Of a stretch of DNA of 64,000 nt, positions 37,800 to 51,656 are shown one piece after another (position 1 is the first letter of the stretch; each line of letters opens with the position of its first letter). The notes under the pieces are model-generated. The model was given only the letters and a program-made list of their open reading frames with translations, ran no database searches and was not told where the DNA came from. The DNA is from Octopus sinensis (lineage: Eukaryota): the NCBI RefSeq assembly GCF_006345805.1, contig NC_043011.1:66104464-66168463 (forward strand). Reading direction: 5' to 3'. Both the position numbers and the translations under genes were made by a program.

Positions 37800-39411
37800 C
37801 TTCACCCTGAAAGACCACAAAGACCATTTCGAAAATAAACCGTCGGTCCGTTTGATTAACCCAACCAAGTCTGACATCGGATCCGTCAGCAAGAAGATCC
37901 TGGACAGGATTTTACCAAAAATGCGTGAAGCTTCACCCCTTCCACTCTGGAATAGGACCTCCGAGGCAATAACCTGGTTCCGGGATTTACCTGACAAAAG
38001 CAACACCCGATTCCTACAACTGGATATCGAGGATTACTACGCCTCCATATCGGAGAGCTTGCTGATCGACGCGATTAACTTCGCCAGGAGGTCCTCCACC
38101 ATCACCGAGGCCGAGCAAGATGTGATCCTCCACGCACGTAAGACTTTTCTTTTCTATCACGGATCCCACTGGATCAACAACAAATCTGTGACCCCCTTCG
38201 ACGTCAGCATGGGTGCTAACGACTCTGCTGAAATAAGTGACCTAGTGGGCCTTTTCATCCTCCATAGGCTGAAAACCCTATTCACAGGCCTCTCCGGTGG
38301 TCTTTACCGCGATGACGGCCTTTTCGCCCTCCCCAAAATAAACCCCAGGACCACGGATGGGTTCCGGAAAAATCTTTACACCTTCTTTAAAAACTTAGGC
38401 CTTAGGATTACCTTAGAATCCAACTTAACAAAAGCTAACTTCCTTGATGTCACCCTCGACTTAAAAACCTCACTTTATTACCCGTACCACAAACCGAATG
38501 AATCCCTTAGATATATAGATATTAATTCCAACCACCCCAAAAATATATTAGATAACCTAGTAAAAAGTGTCTCAATTAGAATTTCTAGCCTGTCCGCCAC
38601 GGAAGATATCTTTAAGGCCGCAGCCCCCTATTACAACGAGGCCCTGGCCCGCAGTGGCTTTAAAGATAAGATTACCTATACTAGTATAGCCCCACGCCAA
38701 CCCAGGAAAAATAGACGAAGACACATTAGCTGGTACAACCCCCCCCCCTTCAACCGTGAGGTCGCTACACCTGTAGCTAAAATCTTCTTCACTCTCCTAC
38801 AGAAACACTTCCCCACCCAACATAAGTACTACACTATCCTAAATAAGAACACTATTAGACTCTCCTACTCTACCACGCCCAATCTAGCCAGGAACCTAGC
38901 CAACAACAATGTGAAAAAACTTAAACTATCTACTTTTTCCGAGGCCCATCCAAAGTCCGATAGCAATTGCAACTGCCCTGATAAAACCACCTGCCCCCTC
39001 AACAACAACTGCCTACAGAGGGACCTAGTATATACATGCGAGGTAAGATCAGGCCCTGACGATAAAAGAAAATCCTACATCGGAATGACGTCAAACAGCT
39101 TTAAGATCCGTTGGTACGCACACACACACTCGTTCCGGCGACAGGATAAATGCAACCGAACTACCCTCGCCGACCACATCTGGTACCTTAAAAGGAACTC
39201 CATCCCCTTCAAGACCAAGTGGAAACTACTACAGAAGGCGCGCTCGTATACAGGAGGCCATACCTGCTGTGACCTCTGCATATCGGAGAGCCTAGAGATC
39301 TTGTTCGCCAAAGGCCCTCTCCTTAACAAAATCTCAGAACACTCCTCAAATTGCATGCATAAAAAGTATGCGAACTACAAGAACTATAGACCTACCCGGC
39401 AACCAGATTGA
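37800..39411 (+). CDS. 5'-truncated but uninterrupted PLE RT + GIY-YIG reading frame (Naiad-like)
   Basis: 519-aa open frame: QLDIEDYY, MGANDSAEISDL, GLYRDDGL, CNCPDKTTCPLNNNC, VYTC..SYIGMT, CCDLC, C-x-H at the end. Confidence 0.9.
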
Positions 39412-39419
39412 TGACACCC

Positions 39420-40809
39420 CACCCACAACCCCCTCCCCCAATCCCACCGTTCCCCTAGCACCCCCGATTACCTTTTCTCCTAAGACCTTTCACATATTGT
39501 ATGTGCACGCTTGTATATGTGTATCATATATATGTATAGAAATGCATGGGTATAGTAGGAATATACGCATGTATTATGTGCGTGTGTGTGTGTATGTATG
39601 TAAAAAAAAAATATATATATATGTATGTGCGTGTGTGTGTGTGGTGGTATATATGTTGTTATATGTATATATGTATATATGTATATATGTGTGTATGCAT
39701 ATGTATGTGTATATGTATGTGTGTATGTATGTGTATGTATGTATAAAATATTATATAATTAGGGCTTAGTAAAATAAATTACTTTGCCACATACTGAACT
39801 TTCTAGAAATAGCAGCCAAAAAAGTTTTTTAGCCTCTTCCACTACTTAGAGAATATTTTCCCTCAGACATTGTTTACTCAAAAAAATAATGGTCTTTTTA
39901 CATATGAATACTTGGTGAAATGATTAATAACTAATTAACTTTACCCTCATTGTTGATATATGTATGTGTGGTATATATATGTATATGTATATATATAGTA
40001 CATGTATGTATATGTGTATGTATGTATGTATATATATATATATATATGTATATGTGTTGTGTGTATATATATAATATATGTATGTGTGTGTATATGTGTA
40101 TTATGTATATATATATATATATATATATGTATATGTATATGTATGTGTGTGTATCTGTATATATGTGTATATATATGAGTGTACGCGAGTATGTCGATGT
40201 GTATATGTAGGTATGTAGAGTTATGTGTATGTGCATGTATGTGAGTGTAGATACAAATTGTAGATGTGTATATATATGTGTGTGTTATATACATGTATAT
40301 AGGTATATGTATGTGTTGTTGTAATATATATATATTAATATATATATATGTATATGCGAGTATGTAGAGATATAAGTATGTGCATGTGTATATATATGTG
40401 TGTGTATATATATGTATAGGTATGTGTATGTGTATGTATGTATATGTGTATGTATATATGTGTGTAAATGTGTGTTTATATGTATATGTAAGTGTGTGTG
40501 CGTGTATGAGTATGTATGTATGTTTGCACACATGTATATGTGTGTGTATATGTATATACATATATATATATATATATATTGTATATGTGTGTGTGTATAT
40601 ATGTGTGTATGTGTATGTATGTATATATATGCGTGTGTATGTGTATGTTTATATGTACATATACGTGTACGCTCGTGTGTTTATGTATATGTAGGTACGT
40701 AGAGTTTTCTATGTGTGTATGTATTTGTACATGTGTGTAGTATGTATATATATATATGTGTATGTGTATGTGTATATATATATATATATGTATATGTATA
40801 TATATGGTA

Positions 40810-40863
<54 letters not shown>

Positions 40864-41237
40864 GTGTAAGTTTATATGTATGTATCCGTCTATATAATAG
40901 GTAACTGCACGTACATATACTTAATATTTATTATTTATTTTTTGAGTATGCATGTATGAATAACTGCGCGTATATATATTTTACTATTTAGTTGTTTTTT
41001 GAGTATGCATGTAAGTATGAATATAAGGAGGTGCGTGTGTGTGTGTGTGTGTATGTGTAAGCATAGATATATGTATACTTTTACGCATGTGTGTACTTAT
41101 GTGTATATATGGATGCGCGTGTGTGTGTGTGTGTACGGGTACGCATGTACATGTGTATGTGCGTGTATGTGTATATGAGTATGTATGTATGTGTGTGCGT
41201 ATATTTGTATATGTATGTATGTATATGTATGTGTGTG

Positions 41238-41284
<47 letters not shown>

Positions 41285-41491
41285 ATGTATGTATGTATAT
41301 GTATATGCGTATGTGTATGTATTTTTATGTGTATGCATGCGCGTATATATATGTATGTATATGTATATGTGTGGGTGTGTGTATGTGTATAAATGTATGT
41401 ATGTATGGATGTATGTATACGTATGTATGTGTATGTGTGTATATGTATGTATGTGTATGTGTGTATATATATGTATATATGTGTATGTGTG

Positions 41492-41534
<43 letters not shown>

Positions 41535-41998
41535 ATATGTATGTGAATATATATATATATATATATATAATACATGTATGTATTTGTATGTAGGTGTATA
41601 TGTATGTGTGTGTATTTATATTTATTGGTGTATATGTATAGACTAGCCTTCTAAGAGTGTAGACATGAATCAGTAGGTACGCGTACGTATGTGTATATAC
41701 GTGAATGTATGTAGATGCATGTATGTATGAATATAACGCGTGCGTGCGTGTATGTGTATGAGTGTACGAATGAGTGAGTGTACGTGCTAAAGAGTGTGCG
41801 TGAGTGAATGAGTGCTTGTTTTCCAGTAGACAGATAAATGGACTGGCTGTCATAGCCAAGATGTTTGTGACCAGCGGTCAAAGATAACAAAAGTAATAAA
41901 TGAAGATAATAAAATTAAAATTAGGGAATGGGTCTGTATTTGTATGTGTATATATATGTGTGTATGTGTAGGTATGCATAGGTACACATAGGTATATA

Positions 41999-42050
<52 letters not shown>

Positions 42051-42690
42051 TGTATATGTATGTGTGTGTATATATATGTGTGTATGTGTATATATGTGTA
42101 TATAGGGACTAGTGTGCTGTGTGTGCATGCGTGTGTGTGGATATGTGTGTGTATGCGTGTATGTGAGTATGTGTGTGTATGTGTATATATATATTTTCTG
42201 TGTGTATATGTATGTGTGGTCGTGTGTGTATATATACATGTGTGTATACGTGTATGCATGTGAGTGTGTGTATGTATACATATATGTGTATGTGTAGATA
42301 TGTATATGTATGGGTAAGTGTATATATATGTATATATGTGTGTGTGTATGTATGTGTGTTTGTATATGTATATATGTTTGTATGTGTGTGTATATATGTA
42401 TACATATGTGCATAGGTATAAGTGAGAATCCCCTTATTCACCTAAAACTCTATTCCTTTTTTTTATATATATTTTTTTATTTTTTATTTATTCTTCTATC
42501 TAATTTAACACTGACTCCTTGACCACTCCCCCAAGTATGATATTTTGCGCTATGCCTACCCCCAAAAAGTCCCCCACCAACACCCCTTTAAACCTGCCTA
42601 AATGTATAAATGCCAATACAATTCTTGTTAACTAGCATCCTGAAGATTTCTCTTGAATGAAACAATTCTAGTCCTGTAGAAGCTCCTTCT
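39420..42690 (+). repeat. Low-complexity (TG/TA) 3' region following the PLE ORF, probably part of the element
   Basis: 39420-39900 is shared with the minus-strand copy (25090-25570); a degenerate hammerhead-like motif lies at 42636-42674, followed by (TA)n. Confidence 0.6.
42636..42674 (+). ncRNA. Degenerate hammerhead-like remnant resembling F1
   Basis: CTGAAGA-tTTC(tctt)GAAt-GAAA-CAATTC-TA-G; stems I and III are broken. Confidence 0.35.
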
Positions 42691-42706
42691 ATATAATAAT
42701 AAATAA

Positions 42707-42741
<35 letters not shown>

Positions 42742-42747
42742 ATATAT

Positions 42748-42893
<146 letters not shown>

Positions 42894-43230
42894 CAGGCAC
42901 ACAAGTATACACACACATAGAGTCAGGTAAGAAAGCTCTGGAAATTAAATCTTACCTTATGTCAGTGGCATGTCAATAGTTCATTGTTTACCTGCATACA
43001 CTGTGCCATCGCTCGACGACACACGATGAGGAATCCAACTTTTGTGAATGGTGCAAAAACCATCAAAGACTGTATTCGTGAATGTGAAGTGGTTTTGGAG
43101 TGCATTCATATCAAAATACTAAACATTCCAAGTTTGTGTGTAAATAAAAGGACTGGCACACAGGCGTGTACGCATCAGAGATATGTACAAACATGTACAA
43201 TTATGTGTACGTATGCGAAACAAAATATAC

Positions 43231-43395
43231 GGTAGGAGTGGCGTTGTGGTAAGAATCTGTCATTCCAACCATATGATTCTAGATCCAATCCCACTGTGTG
43301 GCACCTCTCGTAGGCGTCTTTTAATATAGTCTCAGGCCAGCCAAACCCTTGCCAGTGAATTCGGTAGGTACATATTGAAAAAGACGTCGTGTGTA
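43231..43395 (+). mobile_element. Old SINE 5' half
   Basis: Degenerate match to the 31563 and 43418 heads. Confidence 0.65.
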
Positions 43396-43417
43396 TATAT
43401 ATATATATATATACACC

Positions 43418-43581
43418 CGTCGCAGGAGTGACTGTGTGGTAAGTAGCTTGCTAACTAACCACATGGTTCTACGTTCAGTCCCACTGCGTGGCACCTTGGG
43501 CAAATGCCTTCTACTATATCCTCGGGCCGACCAAAGCCTTGTCTGTGGATTTCGTAGACGGAAACTGAAAGAAGCCCATAG

Positions 43582-43612
<31 letters not shown>

Positions 43613-43817
43613 GCGTGTGTGTTTTTCCCCCCAGCACTGCTTGACAACCGATGTTGGTGTGTTTATGTCCCCGTCACTGAGCGGTTCGGCAAAAGATTCC
43701 GATAGAATACGTACTGGGCTTACAAAAGAATAAGTACCGGGGTTGAGTTGCTCGATTAAAGGCGGTGCTCCAGCATGGCCGCAGTCAAATGACTGAAACA
43801 AGTAAAAGATAAAATAG
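43418..43817 (+). mobile_element. Full-length tRNA-derived SINE (OK/OR-type)
   Basis: A/B boxes, internal (TA)n, 3' tail GGCGGTGCTCCAGCATGGCCGCAGTCAAATGACTGAAAC. Confidence 0.88.
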
Positions 43818-43845
43818 ACTAAAACATATACATATATATATGTAT

Positions 43846-43970
<125 letters not shown>

Positions 43971-43974
43971 GGAC

Positions 43975-45120
43975 GGTATTGTAGTTCGCTCAGCATTGTG
44001 TTTTCGTATATATAATGTGTCTCGAATGGCACCACAATGAGCTATAATAACTCTTATAATATAATCAACCATAGTCTGATATAATATTTCAGAATATAAA
44101 AGGTCCTTCTTCAGATATCCTTAGGAATTGATCGAGTCACTGCTAAAATTGGTTTTCCAAGAGTTTCTTTTTCCAGAAACGTCTCTGCAGTGGTCTTATG
44201 GAGCCGCTTCCGGTATAACTCATGAGAAGAGTGTGAGGAGGGCCATGTCTCAGACTCGTGTGTGCTGCCACATTCGGAGCGCTCCTTCTAAGTTACGTAT
44301 TACACGTGCAGTTTCCTTTTCCCTCATTCTTTCTTCTATTTTCTTTTATAAATAATACATGGACATGTTATCAAAAATGACACTACGTGCATCCAGATAT
44401 GGCTAAATAATATATTGATTACCGAGCCCCTACCTGTTTTAATTTGGGGACCCTAGTTTGCCTATGAGAATAGCTTCCATAATTTTTAGATTACCCAAAT
44501 TTCTTCCATTGCCCTCAATTGTGACTGTTATGCATTCGTCGCTGTTCCGGCATCTGACTAGATGTTTTCTGGAGGAGGAGGCTCTCGTGTTCAGATGTTC
44601 TTTAATGCGAATGTGTAACGGTCTTCTTGTGCTACCCACATAGAACTTGTTGCATTTGTTACATTGTATACCATACACAACATTTATCCGTGGGCATAAA
44701 TCTGTGTCACGTATGGGGCTGTTTGCAAGTTTGCATTGATTCTTGTCTCTTGCTCGTTTCTTTGCGAGGCGTCTCCTCAGAGAGGGGCCGGAGTAAGCTA
44801 GTCGTATGTCTAGTCCTTCTCATCTTATGCCTCCTCCTCAGAGATGAGTCCCTAATATGTTGTTTAGGCACATTTATACAGCTGGTAAATTTCCTTCTTG
44901 CTTCCTTGATGTAGTTTCCATTGAATTGTTGTCATGTGTTTCAGTAGATGAGGCGTTATGTTTTTTTATACCGTGTGCATTCACTTTTCATTCGCCCTTA
45001 TTATTGGGGCTTTTGGTTGTCCGTTGCTCAATTAATTCACATCTCACAGAGCGTGGGTCTCCTCAGTTGTTTACTAGCATCGTTTTTGTTTCAAATATGA
45101 ATTTCGTCTTTATATAAGGG
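43975..45120 (-). mobile_element. 3' fragment of a Penelope/Poseidon-like PLE (GIY-YIG and 3' region)
   Basis: VVYGIQCNKCNKFYVGSTRRPLHIRIKEH..LKIMEAILI; ends at (TA)n near 43970. Confidence 0.8.
44078..44119 (-). ncRNA. Putative very minimal hammerhead, family F5
   Basis: Minus strand reads GATAT-CTGAAGA-AGGA(ccttttata)TTCT-GAAA-TA-TT-ATATC; stem III is only ATAT; AUU triplet; lies downstream of the GIY-YIG ORF in sense orientation. Confidence 0.5.
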
Positions 45121-48100
45121 AACAATAGTCGACATGCTATAAAACCTAAAATAATAACTATATATAAAAATCTGGCGTATTCCTACATGTTGGAGCAGGG
45201 TTTTTCCTGTTCTTTTATATAATCATATAATTCATATGTATAATTATTATTTTAGTATAATTTAACCACAAGATTTTAATGAACGTTGGCCACTTGATAT
45301 TATCATTTACATGATTTTGTCCTTGTCTATATAAATTTATATGTATGTGTATTTTTTAAACCAATGCTTCCCTATCTCTTTATCTATACAAAACGTATCC
45401 AAAATGAATCCTAAATTATGCTAATTTTGTTTTCTCACACAAAGTAGTTATGTTATAAAGATTAAATGCTGCCAACTTCTCTCGTCTTATTTTCAAAAAT
45501 GACATTTATAATCAGTAAATTTTGCAAGATGTTTATATGCTCACCTTTGAAATAAAATTATTCATTATTTCCTTTTATCGCAGGGCTCTGATGCGCTTTC
45601 TAGACTGCTTTAAAGGACAAGACAAAAAATGTTATACATACTTTGCTTTCGTGCCTTTGTGCTGGGTAAGAAATTCGTTTTTAATTTTTCATTTAATATT
45701 TTATATCATTGAAAGAGATCAGGATGCGTATTTGTTTATGTTCAGACGCAGCCATACCCGTGGCACACTTTACTCTTTTCCTTACAAATGAAAGAAGCAG
45801 TAAATGCAGCTTCGGTGCATCGTTTTTTTGGCATCAAATGCTAAAACCTGAAAGTAGAGAGTATTTTCTCTTGAAATGTTATAATTGAAATTCTAAGATT
45901 TGATTGCGTGTTCCGGAATTTACAAAAGGTGACACGATTACTTTCACGATATTTCGAGAAGTTTCATGTACTCTATGCTTTTAGCACAAATACAAGGCAA
46001 TTATGTGACTGATAATATAGCTTTCAAAATCTAAATTGTATTGGGAGAAGACATTTTTAGCCAAAATAACGTATAAAATGTATTAAATATTTTCCTTTCT
46101 GGTTTGGCATTCAATAGAAACTTTAAAATACACTAACCTTGACTCTCTAAGTATTCCTATTTTCAGTGTCAATATTTGAGAAATCAAATATGTTTAAATA
46201 TCTGTTCGTTAGATGAACTATATTAATTAGTAGTTTTAAATTGTAAAGTCACGGCATTTCTGTGACGGTAACAGTAGAATACGAAATGTAAATCTTAATT
46301 TTAACAAGAACTAATTGGATGATGAGAATTATATCCCCCGCATTACGATTATTTTCAAGATAAATATTAAATCCGAATTTGACGTAGACTCTATTGCAAA
46401 TTTCAGTACAAGAATAACGTAAATGATCCACTAACGGTAAGTGATTTCAAAGTACCTACCGCATAAACAAAATGTTTTTAACTTAATACATTTGACATCC
46501 TTATTGGTTTATTACTGCAATTACCGGATATAGCGGCGTGTATGACATGCGTTTTCTATTTATAAATAAATTACAAAATTGTCCCGCGTGTAATGAGAGT
46601 GAGATACCTGACGGAAAGGAGGCCGAATATTTTTGTGTAGAGACCCGGAAATTGTTACAAAAATAAAGTATTTAAACAAGTCGAGATATCATTGTCTCTT
46701 ACCTGAAACTTTGGGAAAAGAACTAAAGATACATCGGTTGTCATGTGGAGAGGCTACACCATCTCGTTATACCTTCTTTTCCAACATATATGACCTACAT
46801 CTGAAAAAGTCTTGTCATATTGAACTGCTTCTTAATAAATGTCTAATAAATGTGGCAATGTGTAGATACCTTGTAGAATATAATTACAATATAACCTACT
46901 CAATTGCAAGTATTATAATATCAGCAGAAATGTAGTTTAGACACCAACTCAACAAACATGAAATATCACTGTGGTACACATTAACATTGATAACAATTTA
47001 TCAGTATATAAGGATATGAGGGTATTGTTTTTACTGTTTTCGTTACCGATGACATTTCACTCAGTAGTCCATACTGCCCTTGCGATTACTTTATTAATGT
47101 TAAATAAATAAAGTGAATTTATAACACAGTCTTCAAAAACGATATTTTGAAATATTTCCCTTTGTTGTTTGGCATTCAGTACGATCTAAATTTTTATTAC
47201 ATAAAAAAGAAAAAATGAAAAACATACACTCATCTTGTCTCTCTGAGTATTCTTGACTAGTTTTAGTAGCAGTCGTCGAAAACGAAAATGCAAGAAAGAT
47301 TCCGCATTATCTTATTAGTGAGTTTATGTTAAATGGCTTGTACATATTAATAGCATGATATATTCCTGTGTCGACCACAGTTGCAAACGAAATTTCATTC
47401 TAAATGTTTCCAAGAAATGATCACATAAAATATATCATTGCAAGCCGAAAAACGAGCGTTGAATGATGGAAATTATGCATTAAGATTATTTTCGAGGCAT
47501 TATATGAAATCCGAATCTATTTCAGTCACAACAATCTAAGAAAATCAGAAACTCAAGTAAACAAGAAATGGTAAGTGATTTCAATGTACCTAATGCATAA
47601 ATGAAATAGATGTACTGTAATAGCATTGACATTCTTCTCCTTTTACTATTGAAGTTACCGGATGTGGCGGCGTGTATGACGCGCGCAGTTTTTATCCTAC
47701 ATGTAATGAGAGAGTAGATTAACAAGAGGCCGGATCTTTTTTGTCTAGAGACCCGGAGAATTGCTGCAAAGAATAAAGAATGTTAAGGTAGTCGAGATGT
47801 CACTCCCTGTAACTGAGGAAGTTTGAGGAAATAACTCAAGTTACATCTGGAGTTATTTGGAGGGTTTACACCATCTCATTATACTCATCCTCCAACATAT
47901 ATTACCTATATCTGAAAACTTCATTTCTTATTGTATTACTGATTAAGACATATCTTAGAAATGTGGCAATTTTTAGAACACTTGTGTAATATACTTATAG
48001 TATAACATACCCAGTGACACTATTATTATAGTATCGCCAGACACATACTTTACACATCCATTAAATAAATATGAGATTTCACTGTGGTACACATTGACAT

Positions 48101-49040
48101 TGATAACAGCTTATCACTATATAAATATATGAGAGAAACTTTGTTCTGCACAGGTTCTGAACGAGAAAGTTAAGGATAGCTGCAGTTTATCACATGGACG
48201 CCAATATAACACTGTTCAAATATGTATTTTCTCTTCAAACTCTTTCATCTTCTGCAGTTATCTCAGAGTCTTAAGCATGCTCACTTCGCAAGGTGCGATA
48301 GATTTCCCTTTGTCGTTTCCGTACCAACAATATATATCCTGAATATTCACATATTCAATACAATAATATATACAGCAAAACTCTTTAAAGTATTTCACTT
48401 AATCACTTTCGATATAATAGTATTTTTTTAATAATTCTATTTACTTTGCACATGATATTTCACATATTATTTCAAACTGCTATTGTCATTAATTTATTAA
48501 TTGCAAAATAAATAAATGGAGGGCAATATATTGTCTTCAAAAACAATATTTAAAAATATTTCCCTCTCTGGTATGGCATTCAATAGAAAGTACATTTTGA
48601 TAACGAAAAATTAAAAGGTAAACGTCTTGGCCTTCTTCCTCTGCTTGTCTCTCAAAGTATCCTTGTCTATTTTTAGTATCATTCGTCGGAAAATGAAAAT
48701 GCAAGAAAGTTTCATTACAAGTTTATTAGTGTCTTATGTTAAATGAATTATACATATTAATAACATAACATATTTATCTGCCAACCACAGTAGAAAACGA
48801 ACTTTCATTTTTTATTTGAACAAGAAATGATCGCACATAATATATCATTGAAAGCTGCATGAGGGGTATTGCATGAGGAAACTTATGCCTCGCACATGAA
48901 TCTTATTTTCAAGACGTTATATGAAATCCGAATACGTTTCGGTCATTCGGTTTTCACATAGAACCTCTCGCAAATCTCAGTACAATTGAAGCTCAAGTAA
49001 GAAATAGTGATTTCAACGTACCTACTGCATAAACGAAATA

Positions 49041-50026
49041 TCAGGTAATCCCAAAAGTTCTATCCAAATTTTGAATAAAGAAAACAAGTGATCAAATGTT
49101 ATATTCAATTGAAATTTAATCATCAATGTACTTTCCCTGATTATCTATACTTCCTTCCATCTATTTACAAGCTTTTTAATCCAATCAATGCAAAACCCTT
49201 TTGGTTTCAAAGCGAAGAACTCTAAAATGTCAGTTTCGACGTCCTCCTGGCTTGCGAAAATTAGGTCCCCCAAATGATTCTGTAAACTACGAAATAAATA
49301 GTATTCTGAAAGGGTACGGTTGGGAGAATAAGGTGGATGAGAATTTTCTTTTCCCAACTAAGCTCTTCGATCTTCTGTGATGTGATCTTTGCAGTGTGGG
49401 GTTGTACATTGTCCTGATGAAACATCACTCTTTTTCGATTCACTAAAGCGGGTCTTTTTTCTTCAAAGCTTGGTTCAAAAGCTCTAATTACTGACATAAG
49501 ACTTGTGCATTGATTGTTGCATTAGCGGGTAACAGTTCAAAGGGAATTACTCCTTTGCAATCCCAGTAAGTTTTATTGCCAATTCCCCAACTGATAATGC
49601 AGAATTTTCTTCAAGTAATGCCTCAAGGAACTTATCATCAAATGCAACAGGACGTCCTGTTCCATCTTCATCTTCAAGGCTGAAATCTCAACTTCTGAAT
49701 TTTGCAAACCATCTTCTGCAAGTTCTTTCATTCAAGCATTCTTTCAGATAAACTGAGTGCATGTTTCGAGTCGCTTCGACTGCAGAGTTTCCTGTTTTGT
49801 ACTCATAAAGTATTACGTGCCTCAAATGCTCTTTTGATACTTCCATGTTAGAAAGGGATTTAATCAATGGGATTTTAATTCTATTTCTCTGTAAAATGTT
49901 TAATTAGTTTATATGTACACAAATGCATAAAAATAATTTTAATTCCATTAGACATTCTAAAATACTATTAAATTTCATTCAATTTTAAAAAAGGTAAAAT
50001 CGGACAGAACTTATGGGAGGACCTGA
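49041..50026 (-). mobile_element. Internally deleted mariner (DD34D-type) transposon with TIRs and TA target duplication
   Basis: TIRs TCAGGTAATCCCAAAAGTTCTATCC and TCAGGTCCTCCCATAAGTTCTGTCC (reverse complement); TA at 49039-40 and 50027-28. Transposase 49846-49116 has the HTH (MEVSKEHLR..RWF), HQDN and HPPYSP motifs, but the first catalytic Asp region is missing. Confidence 0.92.
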
Positions 50027-50510
50027 TAGTTTACTGTAATAGCCTTGCTATTCTTTGAGGTTAACGGATACGGGACCGTGTATGATTCACGTGTGTTTTT
50101 TTTTTGTTTTCTTTTTGGTTCTACAAATGCCAAGGGAGCAGACTGACACAAATCCGAACATTTTTGGCTATCGACGCGGAGGATTGCTACGAATAATAAA
50201 GACGTTTTAAACCAGTCGAGAAATTACTGCCCTTTTGTAAAGAAACTTTGCAGAAATTACTCAAGTTAATGTCGTCAGTTATAAGGAGAAGTTACATCAT
50301 CTCACTATAACTTCTCTTCGAATATATATGATCTAAATCTGAAGACGTTACTTACAGTTAATTAATTACTAACAAATGACTAATAAATATGAAAATTTGT
50401 AGAGTACTGGTACAATATAAAATACTATGCCTACTTACAGTATTATGATATTACTCCAAAAACAATTCAGACATCCATTGAATAAACAATGGAATGTCAC
50501 TGTAATATAT

Positions 50511-50792
50511 ATTTTATTTATTTATTTATGCGCCCTTTTCAAGACTAGCCAGGCTCATGGGCCCACTTTCCCGGTTTCTGTGGCGTATGTGTTCCCCCGC
50601 AGCTGGACGGGACGCCAGTCCATCGCAGCGTTACTCAAGAAACGGGAAGTGAGAGTGAGAGAAAGTTGGGGCGAAAGAGAACAACAGGGGTCTCCACCAT
50701 CCCCTGCCGGAATCTCGAACACACACAACGCCCAGTCTGGGAATCGAAACCGTGAGTCCACTGCCCTAACCACTGGGTCATTGCGCCACCAC
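50511..50792 (-). mobile_element. tRNA-derived SINE, third family, with a (TAAA)n tail
   Basis: Minus-strand head GGTGGCGCAATGACCCAGTGGTTAGGGCAG..GGTTTCGATTCCC; tail GGCGCATAAATAAATAAA. Confidence 0.75.
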
Positions 50793-51476
50793 GTTGTACA
50801 CATTAACATTGTTAATATATTAGCATTCAAATATCTATCTTTGCTCTACATAGAAATCTATTCAGCTATTTAAGGATAGCGGTTTTCTTCTAACGTGGAC
50901 GTCAAATATGGATTTTCATCTGTTTAAAACCCTTGCACCTTCAGTTGTTATCGCAGAACGTTAAGCGCGCTCGTCTACGGCGTATAACTTTTTATCTGTC
51001 GTTTCTGGATCAGCAATACATCTGTTGAAATCGATGCAACTACTGTTGCTCTCTCCTTTAAGCTTTTATGCAGGTGTTTTCGTCTCAAACCCCGATGTTA
51101 CCGGCGCATAACAACCGCCAGTATCCAATGCAATAATACTTACAGCAAAATATTCAAATGCGTTTTACGAAATTACTTTTAATGTAGATGTAAGTTTTAT
51201 TTATTTTCGCCTTTCTGTTATCTTTATAGATGTCCTTTCAACTAGTATTCCATGCTGCTTTTGTGGTTACGTTACTCATGGATAACTAAATGAAGAGATC
51301 TGCCTGCGCCATTCTCCAATTGCCATTGATGTCATAAAGTTGTATGTTCGAAATGTGTCATGATAAAAGAGTGAAAAACATGAAGCGACTGGTTACAAAT
51401 AAAAAATTCTACGTCTTTAAATTATATCTTTGTTGACAACGCTTTGAATTTCGATGAGGATATGCTTCACACACAT

Positions 51477-51514
<38 letters not shown>

Positions 51515-51625
51515 ACACACATATACACACGCAAACACGCAGACGTGCAAGAACACGTTCACACACAAACATTGTATATACATATAAGATATATATATAT
51601 AACGTATATATACTATTATTATTAC

Positions 51626-51656
<31 letters not shown>

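Larger units (their letters stand above)
45290..51240 (-). pseudogene. Array of about four old tandem copies of a ~1.1-1.4-kb unit with coding-like conservation
   Basis: Recurring blocks such as GGCATTCAATAGAAA (46107, 48576; GGCATTCAGTACG at 47171), GTGATTTCAA.GTACCTA..GCATAAA (46441, 47575, 49007) and CACTGTGGTACACATT (46968, 48080). The minus-frame peptide YF(V/I)YA(V/L)GTLKSL has synonymous differences between copies. Confidence 0.5.

Noticed and set aside
46435-47580. Conserved GTAAGT (46437, 47571) as possible splice donors in the array units
   Set aside because: Not kept in the third copy, and it falls inside the block better explained by the minus-strand peptide KSLT.
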